Shown here: piece after piece, positions 48,971 to 57,634 of the stretch
Layout of the letters: each line of letters begins with the position of its first letter
How positions within the stretch are numbered: the first letter of the stretch is position 1
Assembly (NCBI GenBank): GCA_965648905.1
Contig: CBFGIT010000015.1
Coordinates: 1-64,000, forward strand
Source of the DNA: a candidate division WOR-3 bacterium
Lineage (GTDB): Bacteria; Hydrothermota; Tepidihabitantia; Tepidihabitantales; Tepidihabitantaceae
DNA length: 64,000 nucleotides
Direction of reading: 5' to 3'
The notes under the pieces: model-generated
Told to the model about the DNA's origin: nothing
The model's database searches: none
The model's input: only the letters and a program-made list of their open reading frames with translations
Position numbers and translations under genes: made by a program

Positions 48971-50529
48971 TTGGTTTGCTCGGGTCTGACCGCCACTGGC
49001 ACGGCATTCTGCATCAGGAAGGAGCTTGCTCAGTCGCGGATAGCCTGGGCCAGCTTGCCGGACTGGCCGTGCTTGCGCTTGACCGCGTGCCTTCCGATGA
49101 AGAAGCCCGGGTCATTGCGGAGTATGTCCGTTGCGGAGGCGCGGTGTTAAGCGGCGCTCGGGCCGCGGGCCGGGTGTGGCCCGAGCTCAAGCCCTCTCGT
49201 CGACGCATCAAGTATCTTGTTGCCGACGACTCGGCCTTCTTTCGTAACGTCGGGCTGGTCGACCTGGAGACCGACGGGTGGCAACTGCCGGACGCACGTT
49301 ACGGTCAGACCGATTCAGGACGGCCGGCGATCGTCGCCGGTCAGATTGCCCGCGGCTGGTTGGTGGTCTTGCCGTTCGAACCCGCTTCAGTCCTCGCCGA
49401 TGCCGCCTCGTGCCCACGTCGTTTCCTCTCCGACGCACCCCGGTTCCCGAGCGAAACGGTTTCCCGAGTCAGCCGGGGCGAGGTACGTCGGCTTCTGGCC
49501 AACTGCCTCAGATGGCTAATCAATCAACGAGGCCTTCCCTACGTGCATCTGGCATACGTGCCGTTCGGTCGCGACAGCGCAGTCGGGTTTCGCGTGGACA
49601 CCGACTTCGGCACGCACGCTGAGCTTGAAGCGACGACCGAACTTGCCCGGGCGGCCGGAATGAAGTTCAGTTGGTACGTGAACGTCGAGCATCACCGTGA
49701 GGAACTCGACTTCTTCCGCGACTTGGAGCAGAGCGGTCATGACGTCGGGGTGCACTGCCTGAGACATACGGTCCGCCACGACTATCAGCACAATCGCACC
49801 GAGTTCGGTCAGGCCCGGCAGAGGTTGCTGGATGCAGGACTTAACCCGGTTGGAGTGGCTGCTCCTTACGGCGAGTGGAGCCTCTCGCTCGATCGGGCCT
49901 ACAGTGAACTCGGTTTCGTCTATTCGTCGGAGTTCTCTTACGCTTACGACGACTTGCCGTCAAGGCCGGTTGTCGGTGACCATGTGAGCCAGGTTCTGCA
50001 GGTTCCGGTACACCCGATTTGCACTGGACGTCTGCTGGCCGCCCGCGCGGTCAGGTCTGAGGTTGTCCGGTACTTCCTGCGCTGCGTGGAGCGACAGGTC
50101 GCCCGACAGGAGCCGTGTCTGCTTTATGACCATCCGACTCATGTTGCCGGCGAGTTCGAGGTCTGGCGCGAGGTGCTGGATCACGGACGCCAGCGTTGCG
50201 GTATGTGGACGACTCTGGCCGAGCTTGCTCGATTCTGGCAGCGCCGCGAGCAGGTCAGACTGGGTGTCGAAGTGACCAGAGACAGGGTCAGCATCGACAT
50301 GGCCGTGCCGGCAGAGGACTGCCCGGTGGTCGTTGAGTTTGCCGGCCAGTATTCCATCCTGCCGCCAACAGCAGGCGAGTACGCGCTCAGCGGCTTGGCG
50401 TGGCTCCAGTTTCCCGAGCCGTGCCGGTTCGACCCTGTTCTGGCCCGGATACGGCAGCCGAGCGCCGCCTTCAAATTGAAGGAATTACATCGTCATCTGT
50501 TGAAGCACTTGCAGAGCAGGCGTGCGTAG
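48967..50529 (+). CDS. polysaccharide deacetylase-like protein
   Basis: FRVDTD, GHDVGVHCLRH, APYG, YSSEF, YDHP (CE4-like); operon context. Confidence 0.7.
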   Translation: MIGLLGSDRHWHGILHQEGACSVADSLGQLAGLAVLALDRVPSDEEARVIAEYVRCGGAVLSGARAAGRVWPELKPSRRRIKYLVADDSAFFRNVGLVDLETDGWQLPDARYGQTDSGRPAIVAGQIARGWLVVLPFEPASVLADAASCPRRFLSDAPRFPSETVSRVSRGEVRRLLANCLRWLINQRGLPYVHLAYVPFGRDSAVGFRVDTDFGTHAELEATTELARAAGMKFSWYVNVEHHREELDFFRDLEQSGHDVGVHCLRHTVRHDYQHNRTEFGQARQRLLDAGLNPVGVAAPYGEWSLSLDRAYSELGFVYSSEFSYAYDDLPSRPVVGDHVSQVLQVPVHPICTGRLLAARAVRSEVVRYFLRCVERQVARQEPCLLYDHPTHVAGEFEVWREVLDHGRQRCGMWTTLAELARFWQRREQVRLGVEVTRDRVSIDMAVPAEDCPVVVEFAGQYSILPPTAGEYALSGLAWLQFPEPCRFDPVLARIRQPSAAFKLKELHRHLLKHLQSRRA

Positions 50530-50545
50530 GCTATAGTCGGATGCT

Positions 50546-51580
50546 ATGAAAGTGCTCTTTGGGACCTATGCAGCTTCGAGCATACTGGGCGGCGGCGTTG
50601 ACGTGCAGGTTCGGGCGCTGGCCCGTGAGGCCGCTGCCCACGGCGTAGAGGTTGAGCTCTTCGACCCCTGGGGCAAGTACCGGCTTGAGGACTATGACCT
50701 GTTTCACCTTTTTGCGTCACACGTTGGTACCTACCATCTCGGCCGGGCATTGCACGGTTTGGGAATGCGGCTCCTGCTTACTCCGGTCTTCTACAGCCGC
50801 CACTCGCCCGCGAGGGTTGCGGCCCTGCTCAGCGTCGCCCGAAGACTCAGGAGCAGGGGTGGCTTCTGGACCGAGCACATGTTCTGCAAGGAGCTGTGCG
50901 ACATGGCCGAGTTGCTGTTGCCCAATACCCGAGAGGAGATGGAGATGATGGCGAGGGCATTCGGTGTTCCGGCTGCCCGAATGGTCGAATTGCCCAATGG
51001 CGTGGAGGAGAGGTTCCTCGATTCCAAGCCCGATGTCTTCGTCCGGGAATACGGCCTGAGGGACTTCATCCTCTACGTCGGACACATCGGTTGGGGTCGG
51101 AAGAACGTTCTTCCGCTGCTCAACGTACTGAAACGTATGGGGCACCCGTCCGTGCTTATCGGGCCTGTGATCCAGAACGACTACGCTCGTCGCTGCCGCG
51201 AAGTAATTGAATCCAGCCCCAACATCAGGTTGATTCCCGGGCTGCCCTCGGATTCACCGCTGCTCGAGTCAGCCTACGCGGCCTGCGATACGATGGTGCT
51301 GCCGTCGTACTACGAAACACCGGGTCTGGCAGCACTCGAGGCCGGACTTGCCGGCGCCAAGGTATGCATCACCAGGTACGGCGGCACAACCGAGTACTTC
51401 GGTGAGCACGCGCTCTATCTGGAACCGCACTCCGAGGAGTCACTCGAAAGTGCGCTGCGAGCTTCACTGGCCCGCAGCCGGGACTCCTCGTTGCGCGAAA
51501 GGATTGCGGCCAACTACCTCTGGCGGCATGCGGGGAAGAGGCTCGTCGAGGTCTACTCCGCGCTCCCTAGTCCTGAATGA
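50546..51580 (+). CDS. GT4 family glycosyltransferase
   Basis: PNGV, YVG..RKN, LPSYYETPGLAALEA. Confidence 0.9.
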   Translation: MKVLFGTYAASSILGGGVDVQVRALAREAAAHGVEVELFDPWGKYRLEDYDLFHLFASHVGTYHLGRALHGLGMRLLLTPVFYSRHSPARVAALLSVARRLRSRGGFWTEHMFCKELCDMAELLLPNTREEMEMMARAFGVPAARMVELPNGVEERFLDSKPDVFVREYGLRDFILYVGHIGWGRKNVLPLLNVLKRMGHPSVLIGPVIQNDYARRCREVIESSPNIRLIPGLPSDSPLLESAYAACDTMVLPSYYETPGLAALEAGLAGAKVCITRYGGTTEYFGEHALYLEPHSEESLESALRASLARSRDSSLRERIAANYLWRHAGKRLVEVYSALPSPE

Positions 51581-51661
51581 CTGGGGCCGCCCCACAACAA
51601 TCCAGACGGATGGGACTCTTGGCGCGTGTAGTTTACATAATGGGAGTTATCGGAACCAGGC

Positions 51662-52030
51662 CTAGAACCTGAACCAACTCTCAGCCAGCCCGCCCAGCAA
51701 AGGCATCTTCCAGTACTTGCCGCTGGCCGACTGTATGATGCCGATTATCGCCATCACAAACGCGAACAGCCATCCCACCGGCCAGATGACGAACCAGCCG
51801 ATGAACGGAATCGCGCCGACGATACTCACCGCGAACCAGAAGATCGTCAGGACAATGCCCTGCTTGACGTGGAACTTGCAGAACGCGTTCTCCTTGTTGG
51901 CGAGCATTGGCACAAGCCAGAGAATACCTAGATACGAGAGCCAAGCCATTGACTTGCCCTTCTCGACATCCTCGGAGCCTCTCTCAGGCGGTGCAGCGGT
52001 CTCGACTATCTTCTTCTCTTCATCAGCCAT
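51662..52030 (-). CDS. DUF4870-like membrane protein
   Basis: AWLSYLGILWLVP..FCKFHVKQG..GKYWKMPLLG. Confidence 0.85.
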   Translation of the reverse strand: MADEEKKIVETAAPPERGSEDVEKGKSMAWLSYLGILWLVPMLANKENAFCKFHVKQGIVLTIFWFAVSIVGAIPFIGWFVIWPVGWLFAFVMAIIGIIQSASGKYWKMPLLGGLAESWFRF

Positions 52031-52062
52031 TTATGACTCCTTTCGGGCAGTTGTTTCATAGA

Positions 52063-52479
52063 CTAGACCATCAGACGTTCTGTGTAGGCGCTCACGACCG
52101 GAATCCTCCAGCGCTGTCCTGACAGACAGTGGGCGATTCCTATTACCGCAATGACGATATAGGCGCCCGTGACCACAAGGCCGAGCGGGTAGTGTATCAT
52201 CCAAGCTACAGCACGGAAGACAAAGCCCAAGATGAGCATGTTACCAAGCACCTTGCCGAGCAGGAAGTCCGAAATCCAGACTCCCAACCAGAACACAAAA
52301 AGAGCGAGCTGCACGACCATGCTCTGCCGGCCGTGGAAGCGTGCGAACTCATCAGTCCGGGCAAAGAAGACCGGTACGAAGAAGAGCACCGGCAGATAGC
52401 CGACCGCAGCTATGACTGTACTCTCGTGCGAGGGCTTCTCTGCGCTGGTGAGCGTCGGGCCATCTTCGTTGCTCAACAA
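52063..52479 (-). CDS. DUF4870-like membrane protein (paralog)
   Basis: AAVGYLPVLFFVP..FARFHGRQS..GQRWRIPVV. Confidence 0.8.
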   Translation of the reverse strand: MLSNEDGPTLTSAEKPSHESTVIAAVGYLPVLFFVPVFFARTDEFARFHGRQSMVVQLALFVFWLGVWISDFLLGKVLGNMLILGFVFRAVAWMIHYPLGLVVTGAYIVIAVIGIAHCLSGQRWRIPVVSAYTERLMV

Positions 52480-52579
52480 GTGAGACTATAGCTTCGAGAT
52501 GGATGATGTCAAGCAGGTTGAGCAGAAGGGCCAACAGCCCGTTACCAGGGTGGCAGGGGTTCGGGTCGTCGGCGGCGTC

Positions 52580-52745
52580 GTGGGGGCACAAGGAGCAGGC
52601 CGGGGCTGGTCGGCACGTGCGCGGCAGCGCCGTACAAGTTGGAATGCGGTCCGCAAGAAGGTGCGGCGGTATGCGGCTGAAGGACCGGCCGGACTGCTTG
52701 ACCGGTCGCGGCGTCCACACCACAGCCCGCGCCGCACGCCGGACA
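52580..52745 (+). pseudogene. IS481-like transposase N-terminal HTH remnant
   Basis: AVRKKVRRYAAEGPAGLLDRSRRPHHSPRRTP motif; no downstream DDE domain. Confidence 0.65.
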
Positions 52746-52880
52746 TTGACAGGACAACAGGGCCGGACCGCAGCAAGACCGTGTACCTGTTCAAGCACGC
52801 TGCGGCCGGCGAGCAATCGACTCTTGAACCCTCGACTTCACGATCTCAGCCTTGAACCTGCGCGTCCGCGGCGCGCGGCG

Positions 52881-53246
52881 CTACTTCACGTTTATCAGCC
52901 CGAAGCGCAGGAACTTCATCACGTCCTCGTCGAGGCCGCGCACCTTCCACTTGGCGATGAGCGCATCGGTCTCGTTCTTCAACACCTTGCCGGTGTAGAT
53001 GTTGGACTTCTTCCACAACTCGCGGCAGTAGTTCAGGTAGCTGACATACAGGGCCGAGGGGATACCTGAGTTGTCGATTGCCTCCTTGGCCTGTAGTTCA
53101 AAGTTCGCCAGCTCGGTCTGACGCGCCTGATGCCGGGCCAGAGCATACTCGCGCACGTCATCGCTGGTCTGCTTTGTCCGCTCCGGCTTGGTCTTGGTTG
53201 CGTACTTGAACTGCCGGTCGATGTTGTCTCTGATTCTTCCGGGCAT
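52881..53246 (-). CDS. 121-aa basic alpha-helical protein, candidate SIRV2-fold (Adnaviria) major-capsid-protein homolog
   Basis: GAAAGGA RBS, own promoter, GC3-rich codons; R-x4-R-x2-K-Y-x2-K, GI-x7-Y-x2-Y and TG-x2-L-x-N-x4-L motifs. The CDS is well supported; the fold assignment is inference. Confidence 0.7.
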   Translation of the reverse strand: MPGRIRDNIDRQFKYATKTKPERTKQTSDDVREYALARHQARQTELANFELQAKEAIDNSGIPSALYVSYLNYCRELWKKSNIYTGKVLKNETDALIAKWKVRGLDEDVMKFLRFGLINVK

Positions 53247-53362
53247 TGTTCTGTCCTTTCTGCTGCCTCTGCGGCCTGGCGGCTGCAGGTCCGGCTGAAC
53301 GCGGACACGCCCGACGTTCGCAGCGCGCGAGCCACGCACGCACAGCCGAAGCAGCCACGAAG

Positions 53363-53391
53363 AGTATAGCTGCGCAAGTCGCCCGGCGCAA
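53363..53391 (-). promoter_or_regulatory. sigma70-type promoter of the capsid-fold gene
   Basis: TTGCGC-N17-TATACT on the minus strand. Confidence 0.6.
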
Positions 53392-53444
53392 GACCAAGCG
53401 TCCCCCTAAGCCACTAATCCTGGACGCGCGGCGCAACTCCTGCG

Positions 53445-53696
53445 GCTTAGCGCTGATATACCACGCGGGCATACGCAGAGTAAACGGGTACTATCACCAG
53501 CGGGGCGTACCAGACATAGACCGATAGGGTATTGCCACGGTAGTAGCCAGGGGGCTAGCCCCGGGCCACGGGGAGGTATACCCCAGGGTATGCCCTGTCG
53601 GCTTACCGGGATTAGAACCTGCAATAAGACCGGCGGTAGACCTCGAGGTAGCATGACCGATAATAGCCGTCCGTCTAATGGTACTAACCTCTCCAG
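53445..53696. repeat. 12-bp-periodic array of about 21 units (TAnTA / TAnRC / GYnTA)
   Basis: 20 of 27 TA dinucleotides fall in two phases 3 bp apart (53457+12n: 12 sites; 53448+12n: 8 sites). Confidence 0.85.
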
Positions 53697-53940
53697 AGGG
53701 CGAACGAACGGGCGGCCGCTGCGCCGAGCAAAGCTGCAACAGCAAGCCGGCCAAGAGGTTAGCCTCATCGGCCCCCGCTTCGGCTGCCTGTCCGGACGGC
53801 GAGTTCCGCGCGGCCTTCAGAGGTGTGACGAATGAGTCAGCCTCTTGCCGGTTTGGGCGCGCGACTGGCTGTTGGCGCACCGGCAGACCCGGCGCGCACT
53901 ACGCGGTGTGCAAACCTGAGCAGCCGGACGACGAAAGGCA

Positions 53941-54129
53941 GTACCCTTGGAGCTCTTGGTGAGCTTGGTGGTTCAATCTCGGACTCGGGGTTGTGCCTGA
54001 GCCCTGGTTCCGACACTGGAGCAACCGCAGAGGCCAACTGTCGAAGTTCGAAGGTCGAAGCTCGAAGTTCGAACGTACCCTTGGAGCTCTTGGTGAACTT
54101 GGTGGTTCAATTTCGGATTCGGAGCTGTG
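53941..54129. repeat. two 55-bp direct repeats with an intervening heptamer run
   Basis: GTACCCTTGGAGCTCTTGGTGARCTTGGTGGTTCAATYTCGGAYTCGG at 53941-53995 and 54075-54129 (5 mismatches); five TCGAA-core heptamers at 54041-54075. Confidence 0.85.
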
Positions 54130-54539
54130 GGCTTGACTGGGCGCAGAGCCGAACTAGACTTGTTCGTCCTCAAAGACCAGGCAAGCCGAAGTGCCCGGCA
54201 AGGAGAAAGCGGCTGACCATGTCCTGCCCGCTGTTTGTCTCTAAGCTCAGCAGGGCGCTCAAGAGAGCCCTGCCATCTGAGCCTGTAACTTCCCGCTCCA
54301 GCCGGGGTCGGGGCGGGCGTACCTCGGCCTTGACCGTTGCACCAGTCTCCGCCGCACAAGCGGTGAGATTCAGGGAGGTGCTGATATGAACACAGCAGGC
54401 CCAACCTTCGCCAATCTCCAACCTCGTCCTTCTGGGTGAGGTGCCAATAATCATGTGCAATGTCCCTGGAACCGCAGAACCGAACCGCGGATTCCTGCCC
54501 GGAGTGCGGCCAGTGCCTCATGTCCGCGGCCGAGCCGCC

Positions 54540-56549
54540 CTATGGACGCCGGACGTTGCCGCTGTCGTTACTCGCGAACGTGTTTGCGGCCTCGAGTGTG
54601 TCCGGGTCTGGATACTCGGTCCCGTCGAGGTATATGCCCCATGCTCTGCTGTCGGAGATGTAGGAGCCGGAAATGTCAGGAACGGCATCGGTAATGACGA
54701 CATTACCCTTGTCGTCACCTCCCCCGTAGGAGATTCGGCAGTTCCTGATTCGGCAAATGGTATCAATCGCCTGCCTCCAGAACGACAGCCCGCGCCAGTC
54801 GCCAGGCTGCGGGTTCTCGGCTGCTGAGGTGAACTCTATCTGCCCGGCCGTGCCGTCCGCAATCAATCCGCCGCTGGCGACTGTGTCGCCGATGATGATG
54901 CCTGTCCCGGACTGGAACTGCAGGGTCGCACCAGGTTCGATCGCGACCACCGGTCCGCTGTCTCCCGAGACCTGCACACTCGCTCGGAAGACATAGGGAA
55001 CCCCAGGGCTGCGCCAGTTGCCGGAGGTCACGACTCTGCCGCCGTCAACCAGCACGATGTCTCCACCCGGGCCGTTGCCGGTCAGATTGTTGCCGGGTCC
55101 GATCCGACTGATACCCTCGGCCGGCAGACGCAACGCCGGGCCGACGCACGTGGTGACGATGTTGTTGCTGAAGTCGTTGAGGTAGCCGCCCACACACACG
55201 ACTCCAGCACCGCCGCTCTGCCGTATCACGCAATTGCTCAGACTCAACCCGATGCTGGCGCTCTCCCGCACCGCAGCGGCGTTACCCGCTCCGGCAAACT
55301 CCACGATGCAGTGGCTTAGCCGAGACCCGGCCAAGGTCCGGCCAAGGAATGCCAACCCTCGCCAGTCGCCGCGCGCCGGGGTCTCGGCATCAGACGTGAA
55401 GGTCACATTCGAATTGGCAGTGCCGACGGCAACGACGCCGCCCGGACCTGCCCGTCCGCATTCAATACCGGCACCGGTTCGAAACCTGATGGTCACGCCC
55501 GGCTCGATGGTCAGCATCGGCACAGCCGAGCCGCCGACCTGGATTGTGGCATCCTCTTCGACGACATAAGGCATGCCAAGGTTGAACCACATGCCGCTGC
55601 CCGCGAGCGCACCGGCGCCGACGAGGATGTAGTCACGGCCATTACCGGCCAAGCGATTTCCGGGCCTGAGAAACCGAACTCCCTCGGGCGGCACTCTGAC
55701 CGGATAGGAGGCGCAGCCGGTCACTGTGTTGGAGTCGAAGTCAACGCAGTGCCCCTGAAACGTGTTGTCAATGCCGGCACCGGCACTTCCCACGATGGTC
55801 GTGTGGTCCATCCTGACAATCGCGCCCATGAACAGGAAGAACGCTGCCCCGCCTGCATCACCGGCGTGCTCTATCCGGCAGTAGCTGAGCACCGAGCTTC
55901 GTCGTGTGCCTTCGTAACAGCGCACGCCATACCAGGACCCGGGACCAGGAGTAGATGAGTTCGACCGAAACAGGATGAGCGAATCAGGCTTCCCGACCGC
56001 GGACAGCTCACCGGCCGAACCCCAGCCGACCGTGAGGCCGGCACCGTCGTCGAACCGGACATCGCAACCGGGCAGGATGGTCAGCTTTGCACCATGGCAG
56101 ACGCTGACGCTGGTCGTAACCACGTGCGGGTTGCCCGAGGGCCACCAGACTTCGTTTGCGGTGATGTCTGTGCCGTGCGTTGTCGGCCCTGAGCCTCCGG
56201 CAATGCTGACAACGCACGTATCCTCGGCCGTATTGCCCCAGCGGTCTTGAACCCGGGCAACGATACGGTGGGTGCTTCCTGGCCTCTCCCCTGTCGCATC
56301 CCAGGTGCAGCGAAACGTATCAGAAGCACTACTCCCGGTGCTGTCGAGCAGCAGCGTATCAGCATAGACCGCGACCCAGCTCAGGTGCTTGTCGTCAGTT
56401 GCGACCACGGTCACTTGTGTTTCGGCAGCGGCGATCACTGCGTTCCGGGCCGGTTCTGTCACTTCCACCAACGGGGCGGTCTTGTCCTTGAAGGCGCAGC
56501 CGATGGTGATCGCCAGCCCGGCCGCAAACAGCATGAAACGTCCTGACAT
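54540..56549 (-). CDS. lipoprotein with Ig-like domain and repeated parallel beta-helix modules
   Basis: Lipobox TIGC; three TI.PG..F..G..G.L.A.G..FTS..P..G.W.G repeats; AGGAGG RBS. Confidence 0.8.
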   Translation of the reverse strand: MSGRFMLFAAGLAITIGCAFKDKTAPLVEVTEPARNAVIAAAETQVTVVATDDKHLSWVAVYADTLLLDSTGSSASDTFRCTWDATGERPGSTHRIVARVQDRWGNTAEDTCVVSIAGGSGPTTHGTDITANEVWWPSGNPHVVTTSVSVCHGAKLTILPGCDVRFDDGAGLTVGWGSAGELSAVGKPDSLILFRSNSSTPGPGSWYGVRCYEGTRRSSVLSYCRIEHAGDAGGAAFFLFMGAIVRMDHTTIVGSAGAGIDNTFQGHCVDFDSNTVTGCASYPVRVPPEGVRFLRPGNRLAGNGRDYILVGAGALAGSGMWFNLGMPYVVEEDATIQVGGSAVPMLTIEPGVTIRFRTGAGIECGRAGPGGVVAVGTANSNVTFTSDAETPARGDWRGLAFLGRTLAGSRLSHCIVEFAGAGNAAAVRESASIGLSLSNCVIRQSGGAGVVCVGGYLNDFSNNIVTTCVGPALRLPAEGISRIGPGNNLTGNGPGGDIVLVDGGRVVTSGNWRSPGVPYVFRASVQVSGDSGPVVAIEPGATLQFQSGTGIIIGDTVASGGLIADGTAGQIEFTSAAENPQPGDWRGLSFWRQAIDTICRIRNCRISYGGGDDKGNVVITDAVPDISGSYISDSRAWGIYLDGTEYPDPDTLEAANTFASNDSGNVRRP

Positions 56550-56579
56550 ATGACCTCCTGCAGCGCAGCTCATCATGAC

Positions 56580-57617
56580 CTAGAGCTCAACGGCCAGCGA
56601 AAGGCGATGGGACATGCCCAGCCGGCCAAGGTTGCGGTAGTTGTAGTCCAGACCCAGACCGATCGCGTCTGCCGGACGCACCCGCAGGCCGAGCCCGGCA
56701 GACAAACCCGTGCTCAGTCCCGCCTCGCGCGCGTATTCGGCATCGGCGTTGACGACGTACCCGACTCTGAGCCAGATCGGCTTGAGGCAATACTCCAGCC
56801 CGATGTTGACCTTTTCATTGACGTCGTTGAAGTGGTTGAGGTCGAGGGCTGCGGTCAGGTACGACGCGTCGCGCCGCAGAAGGTCGTAGGCCAGGCCGAA
56901 CCGGAACGTAACCGGGAGCGGAAATGTCTCGGTGAGATACGAGCCGGGCAGCTTCTCTCTTGTCCACGGCCATTCGTACCCCGGGTCGTGCGTGAAATTG
57001 AGAAGGCCGCCGCTGAACTTGAGGTCCGGGCCGAAGTTGGCAATCGCCATCCCCAACCTCAGGTTCTGCCAGCCGGTATTGTAGTGCACGCCGAAGTCAA
57101 AGGCGAGCCCCGATGCCGCGACGTTCCAGACCTGCTCGGAAACCGCCTTTGCTGAGAGACCGAATGCGAGCTTGTCGGTGAACATCCGGGCGTAACTCAC
57201 GCCCAGAGCAAGGTCTCGGGCCGAGAACGTGTTGCCCGTCCCCTGAGGTTCGTCAATCGTTGTCTCTTCAAAGGTACCATGGTTCAGGGCGGTAACCGCC
57301 AGACCGATGCTTCCCGCGTTGGTTGGCAGCACACCAGCAACGTACTCATGGCTGACATCGTCAATCCAGTCAGTGTGATTGAAGATCGCCTGGCGCTTTC
57401 CCACCAGGGCCAGACCGGCCGGGTTCCAGTATGCCGCGCTGGCGTCATCGGCGACTGCGACAAACGCTTCGCCCATGCCGGTGCACCGGCCCACGCCGAT
57501 TTTCAGAAACGGCATGCCGGCCATGCCGACCTTGGTGAAGACGGCCTGTGTCGAGCCGACCAGCAGAAAGACGACCGAGACGATGGCGACCGTGCACTTG
57601 CTCGCTTTGGCTATCAT
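56580..57617 (-). CDS. PorV/PorQ family outer-membrane protein
   Basis: FLKIGVG..GMGEAFVAVADDASAAYWNPAGL; C-terminal LG.SHRLSL. Confidence 0.88.
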   Translation of the reverse strand: MIAKASKCTVAIVSVVFLLVGSTQAVFTKVGMAGMPFLKIGVGRCTGMGEAFVAVADDASAAYWNPAGLALVGKRQAIFNHTDWIDDVSHEYVAGVLPTNAGSIGLAVTALNHGTFEETTIDEPQGTGNTFSARDLALGVSYARMFTDKLAFGLSAKAVSEQVWNVAASGLAFDFGVHYNTGWQNLRLGMAIANFGPDLKFSGGLLNFTHDPGYEWPWTREKLPGSYLTETFPLPVTFRFGLAYDLLRRDASYLTAALDLNHFNDVNEKVNIGLEYCLKPIWLRVGYVVNADAEYAREAGLSTGLSAGLGLRVRPADAIGLGLDYNYRNLGRLGMSHRLSLAVEL

Positions 57618-57634
57618 GCGCTCTTCCTTTCCGC

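Noticed and set aside
53406..53880. Minus-strand ORFs across the TA array (LPRG-LPPV-LLQV-LIPV...) as a tetrapeptide-repeat protein
   Set aside because: The phased positions would be rare CTA/ATA/TTA codons in a high-GC genome. There is no clear RBS, and the motif flips orientation between units, which coding would not explain.
54130..54535. Possible degenerate fourth 12-bp array (core-like sequence at 54311, 14/26 identity)
   Set aside because: Phased YR steps are present in only about half the units or fewer, which I cannot separate from background by eye.
52400..54540. Intact provirus around the capsid-like gene
   Set aside because: No integrase, replication, packaging or second structural gene and no att sites. 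The flanks are ordinary cellular genes.
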